Source: Octopus bimaculoides (taxonomy: Eukaryota). Taken from it: a stretch of DNA of 63,742 nucleotides. The DNA is taken from NCBI RefSeq assembly GCF_001194135.2, contig NC_068990.1, forward strand, positions 3,755,346 through 3,819,087, read 5' to 3'. Made by a program: the position numbers and the translations under genes. This document shows positions 54,406-63,742 of this stretch, one piece after another (within the stretch, counting starts at the first letter, position 1; each line of letters begins with the position of its first letter). The notes under the pieces were generated by a model. It saw only the letters and a list, made by a program, of their open reading frames with translations. It was not told the origin of the DNA and searched no databases.

Positions 54406-54849
54406 TACTACTATTATTATTATTATTATCATCATCATCATTATCATCATCATCCTTATTACTACTACTTCTACTACCACTACTACTGCTGCTGTTTTTG
54501 AAGTGAAAGCTGAAATATATGAGCAAGAAGAAAGCAAATGACCTGAAAATATTTATGATCAACATTTGTTGGTAGTTAGAGCATGAAAGATTAAAAAAAT
54601 CAGCCATGATGTTTGTTGCAGTACACAACTATGTGTGTGCTTGTATACAGGGGAGAGGAGGAGACTGAAATAGGGATGGACGAGATATAGACAGAGTAAA
54701 AAGGAGAAAACAAATTTGGAGGTTGTGAACACAAAACGAAAATGCTTTCAGTTTAGATGAGAGAATGAGGAGATAGTGTCAGGTGAAATCTTTGCATAAT
54801 GAAAGGTTAGTGCATGACAGTGAAGAATATAATAAAGGAGGTGTCGAGC

Positions 54850-55035
54850 GCGAGAAACAGCGAGATAGAGAGATAGAGAGAGAGAGAGAGCAAGAGAGAC
54901 AGAGAGAAGGTGCAAGTGAGAGCATGAGAGAGAGAGAGAGAGCAAGTGAGAGCAAGAGAGAGAGAGAGCAAGTGAGAGCAAGTGAGAGAGAGAGAAAGTG
55001 AGAGCAAGAGAGAGAGAGAGAGAGAGAGAGCAAGT

Positions 55036-55068
<33 letters not shown>

Positions 55069-55130
55069 CAACTGAGAGCAAGAGAGAGAGAAAGAGAGAG
55101 AGCAACTGAGAGCAAGAGAGAGAGAGTGAG
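54850..55130. repeat. GA-rich minisatellite with recurring gagagcaagt/gagagcaag units
   Basis: About 280 bp of almost pure purines on the + strand. Confidence 0.9.
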
Positions 55131-56082
55131 AGGGGGTAATGTATGGCAGAGATATTGTGAGCCTGAAATATGGAAAGAAGAGTAAAATAGATAAACAGAT
55201 GAAGCAGCAAGTGTTTAGAAAAATATAGTTATATGATATTAAACGAGATGAGGATATGAAAAATGCTAATTAAGAGATATGGAAGCTTACACTTCATGGT
55301 ATCATAAGTCTAGACTGTGCAAAAGCCAATTGAGTATGTAACGATCAGAGAAAATAACTGAAGAATAGTTGCGAATCTAAAAGTCAATCATCCTGAAACG
55401 AAGAATTCACTGTGTTGTTTGTATAGCAACATAGATGCTACAACATGAAAGAGTCAGTCTTATACTTGCAGAGAATTATTTATTTGACTTTTGTTTGTTT
55501 GTTGCTTTTTTCTTTTGTCTGTTTGATTTTGATTGTCTTAGTGTGTTTTGGGATTTTTTTTTTTTTACTTTGTATATATTATATTTTATTTATATAATGT
55601 CCTTTTATGATTTATTTGGAAAAAATACATATAATGTTTGATCACTGAAATATTTTGAGTGGAGATTACTAATGAATGGTAGAATAAACAAAAGTTTGCA
55701 CCAGACAAAGCTAAACTATGTTCAAATTGTATCTGTTGGGCACACATATGATTCATCTTATTGTAATGTTAATGATACATTTAGAAGTTTATGGTAATAG
55801 GGATGGTGCTTCTGTACAGTATGAAGAATGCTCTTAGGATATATTTTTGTTTCATTTGTTCCAGGTCAGTTCTTAATCGAGCAGACTTTATAACTAGACG
55901 CATTCCAACCATAACCAGCCAATCTTATAGCGTACATAGGATTACTTTATACATTGCAGGATTCCATAAAGTAGTCTAAGATATACTAAAAGATGGGTCG
56001 TTCTTTATTGCGTGGGTAGGGTGTAATTTGATGGCAATTTGACCTCTATATCTTAGCCGGTGGAGTGACCGCATAGACTATA

Positions 56083-56698
56083 TCTCTCTCCCTCTTTCTC
56101 AGTATAGGATGCCAACAAATAAATAGAGTAGACAGCAGCAAACTACCGCTGACATTTAAAATAATGAATGTCACTACGTAAAAACACCGCAGCATTAGTG
56201 ACACAATGCAAGGCTCTCTATTTTTGACTGCAGCAAGAATTTTTTTAAATATAGAACTGGTGTATTTCCCTGCCATTTTGCAGCAGTTGTTCTTTTCCTG
56301 ATTATTTCAGTATGGGATATGTTATACATTAATATGGAATACGTTGTGTTGAAAGCGAGGAGTGAAAGTTAACGTTTTCGACTTTTGCTCACCAACGCCC
56401 AGTAAAGGAAGGGGAAACCATCAATATTCTATACGCTCCCCTTTGTTAACAACGAAAGCACTCACCAATTTCTTCGGATTCGGGACACTATTTATCTTCT
56501 TTCTCTTTGTTGTCTCCCCCCTCTCTCCCTCTTTCTCAATATAGAATGCCAACAAATAGAGTAGACAGTTGCAAGCTACCGTTTCCATTTAAAATAATAA
56601 ATGTCTCTACATGTTATCTACTCATCATAAAAACAACGCAGTATTAGTGACACAATGCAGGGTTCTGTATTTTTGACTGCAGCAAGAAATTTGTAAAA
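56083..56698 (+). repeat. Direct repeat of about 170 bp (56083-56250 and 56521-56698)
   Basis: Both copies read ctctctccctctttctca.tatag.atgccaacaaata..gagtagacag..catttaaaataat..attagtgacacaatgca..tatttttgactgcagcaagaa; about 80% identical by eye. Confidence 0.9.
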
Positions 56699-58020
56699 TG
56701 ATTGAAGGGAAATTGGAAAATTATAATTGCTTTAAATACTTGAAAAATGAGTATTTAAAAAGCATTAATTAGCTAATAATTAAATGTTACAAAATTACAA
56801 AGTGGTTAGAGTAGGAATTGTAGCATAAACAATCAATTTACTGCATGCATGCAATCCATCATATTACTTAAATGAATGAGTGTAATATTGGGAGAGCTGA
56901 AGATGAATGCAATTAACGTATCATTAGTTCATATGCAATTAACCTATGCTGCTTTCTATTTTGCCTCGGCAAGGCACTTAACTGTCAAGTAGGCAAATCC
57001 ACATAGAAGTAAACAGATACAAGTGGGAACACTTCATAATTAATGAGCACTTCGTTAACTTCTATTATTGTCTCTCGCCGAAGAAGTATCAGGGATACAA
57101 CATGGCTGAATTTCTCAAAAAATGTTATTTATATAAGGAACAACTTCTTCAGTAGGTTTTCAACAATTTAATGGTTCATAGAACTCCACCACCACACCCA
57201 CTACGACAATCATTATAATTACCTTCCAAATATAAGAACCAAGCTGATGTCTAAATAAATGCTGCTATACACATACACACTTAAGTAGATAGTTGCCTTA
57301 CAAAAAGCAATTGATAATTAATATTCATAAAATAGTGGTTAAACCTTAGGTTATCCTGATACGAATCTCTCTAAAACGTGTTCGGATTTTGTAGATTTCA
57401 AATATATGCCACTCGTACCGGACATAAAGTTAATCATCAGCCATAAACTATGGTAGAATAAAAATAACAAAATAGAAAGTACATGTTCCTTTCCCCCCAC
57501 CTCTCAGCACCACCCACGCACATATCACTTGTACAATTCGTGAACTTTTAAGAATGTAAGACAGTTTATAGCACAATCGTTTTGCAATATAAGCTGATGG
57601 CAAAACTAAATTGTGGAATCGCCAGCTGAAATTATTCCACAAACATTCTTGGGTAAAATGTGTATATTATCATTATATCTCAGTCCTTCACACATCAGTT
57701 CATTAGGTACCGAGGCAGTGAATGAGTTATTGTTATGAGAGGTCGTTGTTTCATGTGCTAAAAGTAGCCATCAAATCTCTCCTAAATCAAACCATACCAT
57801 TTAAAATAGAAAACAAATGATTATTCTTGTGCAATAATTACGGGTTAGCAATGGATTCAATGTTTTTTCATCATAGGCCTGCTCTATCAGGGTTGATCTG
57901 GGCTATAGCAAAAAAATAAATCATTTAAAACCGACAATAATTTATATGTATTTTTAGAGAAGAAAGTTCTTTTTTCGAATATAATTACATGGACATTATG
58001 TTGTTTTTTTTAAGATACAT

Positions 58021-58255
58021 CACATTAAATGTATAAAGTAGGCGGCGAGCAAGCAGAATCATTATCATCCGTATGAAAATACTTAGTGGTATATCTTCCG
58101 GCTTTACTTCCTGAGTCAAAATGTCACCGAGGTCAATTTTGTCTTTTACTCCTTGGAGATCGATAAAATCAGTACAAGTTGAGTACTGGAGTCGATGTAA
58201 TCGACTAGCCCCTTCCCAAAATACGTCAGGTTTTGTGCCTAGAGTACAAAGAATT
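58021..58255 (+). mobile_element. Major SINE, diverged
   Basis: ggcggcgagcaagcagaatc..gagatcgataaaatcagtacaag..gtcgatgtaatcgactagccccttccc. Confidence 0.8.
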
Positions 58256-58284
58256 ATTGAATATATGCACTGTACTTGACTTGC

Positions 58285-58600
58285 GAAGGCGCTTGATCTA
58301 GTGGTTGGGATGTTGGAATCAAGATCAGGAGGGTGTGGGTTCGATTCGGGAATGGGGTAACCAGTTGTGTTCTTGAGCTAGATGCGTCATTTCCCGTGGC
58401 TCCAGTCTAGTAGTGCTATATGCAGCCCTGATCCCCACCCCTCATCTTTCAAATCTTTGATGTTTTGCTGCGTCAGGTTATGGAAGAATCGAGAGGGTGT
58501 CTCTGCCTGTTCGTAACTACACAGGCAGCTAAAGCAATTAGCAAATGCGTGGTAAAAGGTAACATGTCATACACCGTTACGAGTGACGGTTACGTATGCC
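58285..58600 (+). mobile_element. CORE-like tRNA-derived SINE
   Basis: A-box-like tgatctagtgg, B-box ggttcgattc, then gtgttcttgagctagatgcgtcatttcccgtggctccagtc. Confidence 0.55.
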
Positions 58601-59049
58601 AGAATTGATTAATATATGGAAGCTAAATTGTATATAAACTAAGATTAAGCCCATCTATATGTTCTAGTAGAGTCGTGCTTAATATTCTTTTGTAAGGTTA
58701 ATTTCAAAATTTGCACAATATTACATACTATGGAGAAAGCAAAACTGACAACGGTGACATTTGATCTTAAGATGTAAAAAATCCTAACTAAATGCTAGAT
58801 GTTCTTACCGACGCGGCTATCATTCATTGAAGCTGTCGCCCTAGAATTATATTATAACCAATTTGTATTTAGATATTAAATAAATGATAATTTTCACAAA
58901 TATAAATGAAAGATGATCACTTTAAATATTAATTTAAATATAACATTTATATGATTGCGACATATTAATATTATATTTAAATTTATAGAATTGTGAGGTA
59001 CTGCTATCATACACACAGAGCCCAGTCGAAATAAAGACATTTCTGGGAA

Positions 59050-59723
59050 ATGTAAAGTTTAGTTTGAAAGTTTGCATCTTCTACTACATCTTGCCAACTA
59101 CCGTTCTTCATTCCGAATCATCTTCATTGAAAACATAGACTGTTGGAATATAACATTTCCACTGGCAGTGATTCAAAATGCGATAAACGCTTGGTTTTGA
59201 AATTCCTATCTCACGATTCGTTTGCCACACAGATGTTCTTGAACGCTGGAAATATGTTTCATACATTGTAATCGTAGTTGCTATCCGCCTTGTTCCGGAA
59301 CGTTTCTTCTAGACATTTCGACTAGTTCCATTTCTTTCAAACTTATCCCTAATTCGAATGATGATTAGTCGCGTAGGTGGATCTGTTTGAAATTATCTCC
59401 TAAACTCTGCAGTTCGACCGCAATTTCAAACTTCCAATAGCACTTTAATATGAATTTTCTTTGTTAACTTAGTTTGGTTTCCTTCTTTATTTCTAATGGT
59501 CTCAACTTCCTCAGCGATCGCCTTCGTTTTTTTTATCCTTTCGGCGTCGATATAATAATTACTCATCAAACTTTAGGGTCATTGTAATCGACTCGTTCCG
59601 ACTCCAAACTTTCAGGCCTTGTTCCTAAAGTAAAATGGAATATTTCTAATGGATTCAACTTTAAAAGAGAATGAAGTGTGTTATCTGCTGTTAAAGTGTG
59701 TATGCATTTTGGGGGACACCCTG
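59050..59723 (-). mobile_element. Tc1/mariner (DD37D/maT-like) transposon 5' portion, interrupted by a SINE fragment at about 59515-59640
   Basis: Left TIR on minus TA|cagggtgtcccccaaaatgcatacac at 59723. N-terminus QRKFILKCYWKFEIAVELQ / FQTDPPTRLIIIRIRDKFERNGT..KKRSG / RTSV..EIGISKPSVYRIL..CYIP..NEDD. Confidence 0.85.
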
Positions 59724-59841
59724 TACATATTACACAGGCAAGAGAGGCTGTCAATACATTCTGCAATTCTGTATATGAAATACAAAATCTGAAATCAAAC
59801 AAACATTGAATCTTTTTTATGTCTTTTCAGCTGATCCCACC

Positions 59842-59923
59842 ATGACAGTCATGCAAGTTATAATGACACATTTACCTCCAGGGATACATGGAGTATTGAT
59901 TATCTGCTGTTTGTTTATAACGG
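59842..59923 (+). CDS. Probable first coding exon of an unidentified secreted/membrane protein: MTVMQVIMTHLPPGIHGVLIICCLFIT(G). Full exon 59831-59923
   Basis: Acceptor tcttttttatgtcttttcAG at 59830. Kozak CCACCATG at 59842. Open frame with hydrophobic GVLIICCLFIT. Donor G|GTAAGG at 59924 (phase 1). The exon is 93 nt, so it could instead be an internal phase 1-1 exon. Family not recognised. Confidence 0.62.
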
Positions 59924-61093
59924 GTAAGGATTTATGATTATATAATAAACATTGAAATATTTATATTTCTTTTAACAGGTTTGAAAGAAAATTCTGTTGC
60001 ATAATGATATATTTTCACAAATACGATATGAACCGTCATTATTGTCATTACTACTACCGTCATAATTGTCAATGACATTATAACCATTATTTCCGTTGTA
60101 GTCGTCGAGATCGTAACCATGGTAGGCGTCGTTGCATTCGTTATCCTCTTCATAGTCATCATTATTATGTCTTCCCTATTATCTAAATAGTACGTACGAT
60201 ACGCAGAATTGCCCCCGAACCGTTTCATCATCCGGGAACCACTGGAAAATGGACAAACTTGTGCTTCCCAACCTATTCTCTGAGAGCTGTAAGAAAGTCT
60301 GTAGGCTGATAAAGGAACGTAATATACTAGGAATCCATTTAGGTGATCCTTAACAATACATGTTGTAGTAAATAAATGATGATGGTGATGATGATGATGA
60401 TGATGATGACGACGACGACGACGATGATGATGATGATGATGATGATAATGATGATGGTCATCTTCCTAAGTTCATATATAATCTGTGCTCTTTAGCACGC
60501 TGTGTTTACATTAGATGATTTCTCAAAATAGTTGCCTCAGCTTACAGCGTTTAATACAACACATTCAAGTTAAGTTGGATGTGCAAATTAAGATTCGTTA
60601 CAACGGCAGCTTCCCTTGCTGATAGCTAATTTACCCTCAGCGCACCAGCCTTTTGCGATTAAACAATATCGGTTTGACGAGATTTCGATTTGGCATTTCG
60701 TTATAGGGTGCTTGTTGCTGAGGAAGCGCAAGTTACGCTGAAATCACGTGTTACAACAACCCCATCTGCCAGTGATGACAAAATTTCTTCGGTTGAAATA
60801 ACTTATGTTTTCTTTCAATACAACTATGCAGAATATCGTGAACACTAAGCTTAATCCTTCAGCAAAAACTATGAGAATGCATTTTCAATTAATATATCAA
60901 AACTTGGTTGTCATTTTACTAACGGTGTTTCGACATATTCACTTTAGACTTTGGCTGTTTAGCATAAATGTTACTTAAAATTTGCATATTAATTTGATCA
61001 GTAGATGACTATTTCGAATAATTTTCAGTCAACAAATCATTAATATGACTTTATTGCGGATCACACAATTATATTAAGCGTCACACACGATTA

Positions 61094-61187
<94 letters not shown>

Positions 61188-61334
61188 CATACCTATATAC
61201 ATACATATACATTAAATATACATAATATATATATATATATATATATTGATTAACCTAATGCTATAAGGCGAGAAGCGCCAGTAGTATGTATGTAAATATA
61301 TGTGGGGGTGTGGGGGGGGGTGCGTGTGTGTGTA

Positions 61335-61435
61335 TCATTATTCAGTTTTATTTTTAGATTTCTTGCCAGTAGAGAAAGAGTTGGTTTCTAACCTAGATCC
61401 AAAGGTTCTTCGTTGGAATTTCAGCATCAGCAACA
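61335..61435 (-). mobile_element. Isolated 3'UTR of the 20640 RLE-LINE family
   Basis: cagttttattt..agatttcttgcca..agagttggtttctaacctagatccaaagg..ggaatttca is the reverse complement of about 21040-21130. Confidence 0.8.
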
Positions 61436-63704
61436 AGGTATTTTTGTACGTATGTATGTACATACATACATGAGTATGAATTATGCAAAATGAATGTTGG
61501 TATATGAAAGTAGAAATATATGTATGATAGTACTAACCAATGATAGTATGTGTGTGTGTATATATGTGTATGTTTGTGAGTGCGTGTTTGTATGTGTCTG
61601 TATGGATGTGTGTGTAGGTATGTATATTTAGATATATAATTATGTCTATGTATACACCGAGTGAATGAACATATGTGTGTGTATACGGGTGCAAGCGAAT
61701 AAGTCTCTTCTTATGTGATGAGCAGATTCCAATGACTTTTTAAATGACTGCGAGGGGCATCAGTACAATTGAAATTAAGCTTTACAAGTGGAGGGGCAGA
61801 CAAGCTGGGATAGTAGGATGACTGAGAATCTTTTCATGGAAAACATTTACAGACAAAAGAGATAACGAATACTTCTAGTTTACATTCTAATATATCAGAA
61901 TGTTAATCTATCTTCACAAAGAAAGAGATATGCTGTGACAGAGTTTTAGGTTTGATTCTTATTTATATTCACACTTTTGATTTTTTATTCTCATGAACTA
62001 ATTTTGGTCTTTTTATTTTATACTGCCATTAATCTATTTGGTATTTTTATGACTTATGCTTATTTGAATCTATAAGTTACTTAGAGAATGCTAAAATTTA
62101 TAATGGGAAACTGAACGTGATCTAGTAGGTCCCATCAAAGCCAAGCATCTGATGACGTGCTAGCACACAGTTGCTACTAGATCATATTTAATCATGTAAT
62201 TGTTTATCTATTATTTTATATAATAGTATGATATGGAAAATCCATCAACTAGCATTTGTTACTATTTCTCTGAAACAATTGTTATGATGTGTGATCAAAG
62301 CTTGTTCATCCCATTTTCTGGTTTTATAAAGTTATATATATTTATTCATATTTATGTATATTTATAAAGTTTTATATATATATATATAAACTCAGAGAGA
62401 AATAGAGAGACAGATGGTATGGTGTGCCACCATTTTAATAAACAGGCAATTTTCCTCTCGTTGTTAAAAGCAAACAATACAGTGGACACTAAACAGTTGT
62501 CTCTCTGACAACGGGACTTAATTAATGATGACACAGAAGGTTTTGTTATAATTGGCATGTGTGGTTCATCGTTTTAATAAGCATACAATTGTAGCATCAC
62601 AGGGATGTACACAAAGTCGCTCAACTACAGGATTTATCTCTCCGTAGGGATTTAAAATGTGATTAATCTTATGTAGGTTATGCTACAAATAATCTCAATA
62701 AACGATGTACCGTGCACTATGAATACATTCATCCGTTGTTTTTAGCGCAAGTACGGTTATGCAAATTTGACGTACGAAAAATTTTCCAATCAACCAAATA
62801 AACCTAGTAGCAATAATTAACAACTGTAATTAATGACAAACGAGGTCAGATTTCAAGAGATCAAGTATCAATTTCAAAGAAAATTCAATTTTCATGCTAT
62901 GAGGAATATTTTCTTTTTTCTGTTTTGTGTTTTTTTTAATTGTCTCCATTCATTTATATTTGGTAACCGATTGATTTGTGACATGTTTGGTATGTAATCT
63001 AAATGTGTATACAAGAAATAGTATTTTGTGTGTAGATATGTTGTCTGTTTAAAGGAAATATTTGTGAAGAGAAAGAATTTAGGAGAGAGAACAAATGTGG
63101 AATAGGAAAAATGAGAGAAAGAAGATTGGAAGATGAAAAATGTAGCGGAAACAGAAGACAAAGAAATAAAAAAAGTTTGCAAGTCATGATGGATGACAAG
63201 ATTAGGAGAAAGGTGGCGTGTAGAGGGAGAATGGGTTGTTTAAATGTACGAGTTGTTGTGTCTAAAAACTTTTCTGTACAAAATATATTTTAAAAAAATA
63301 CAAGAACTTTCAAAATGAAATATGTTTGAAACCTATAGGGAATGACAGGATTTATAAAGAAATCATTAAAAAAAAAGTATTTATTGTACCTTTCTCTTTT
63401 TTCCAAAGTAGTCTGATGGAATGACTTGTGTAAAAATACCACGGCTGATTTTGCACTAGTAATTGATATGAATACTTGTGGGACTTCCAAAGGGGATGCA
63501 TTTCGTCGCTGATGTGGACGTCAAATTCCTATTGTTGATTTATGCAATACAGCGATACTGCAAAAGCAATAACAACAAGAGGATGGAAAATATCGACAGA
63601 ATGAATAGAATGGCGATAAGAGAATGGAATATATGTGCCTTGGTGTGTATGTTTGCATGCATGTGCATATGTGTATGTATTTTTCTATCTATATGTACAT
63701 ATAG

Positions 63705-63742
<38 letters not shown>

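Noticed and set aside
55865-55979. Exon-like segment with a strong acceptor and an open frame
   Set aside because: Its 5' part is a copy of the unnamed ~80-bp interspersed repeat, and there is no good donor.
60697-60848. Open + frame VLVAEEAQVTLKSRV.. as the next exon after 59923
   Set aside because: The open frame is phase 2, incompatible with the phase-1 donor, and it lacks a convincing donor.

Overview
AT-rich, microsatellite-saturated animal genomic DNA with ten N-gaps (short-read scaffold). The SINE and LINE families look like those of Octopus (coleoid cephalopod); this is recognition, not a search result. The window is almost all non-coding, and nearly every supplied ORF is a microsatellite or N-run artefact. 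It contains about 25 copies of one tRNA-derived SINE plus three other SINE types, decayed non-LTR retrotransposons (RTE, HERO-like, Dong/R4, a second RLE-type family, CR1, Tx1/L1), three Tc1/mariner transposase remnants, several MITEs and fold-back elements, and a probable Helitron remnant. The only convincing host coding feature is a + strand exon at 59831-59923 (strong acceptor, CCACCATG, signal-peptide-like sequence, phase-1 donor). This suggests the window is upstream or 5'-intronic DNA of a secreted or membrane protein gene that continues past the right edge. I found no complete novel multi-gene system. The best leads are an RLE-LINE family apparently targeting (ATAC)n, several long inverted repeats (possible dsRNA/ADAR substrates), a strong SINE strand bias, and a possible 55-nt micro-intron isoform after the exon.
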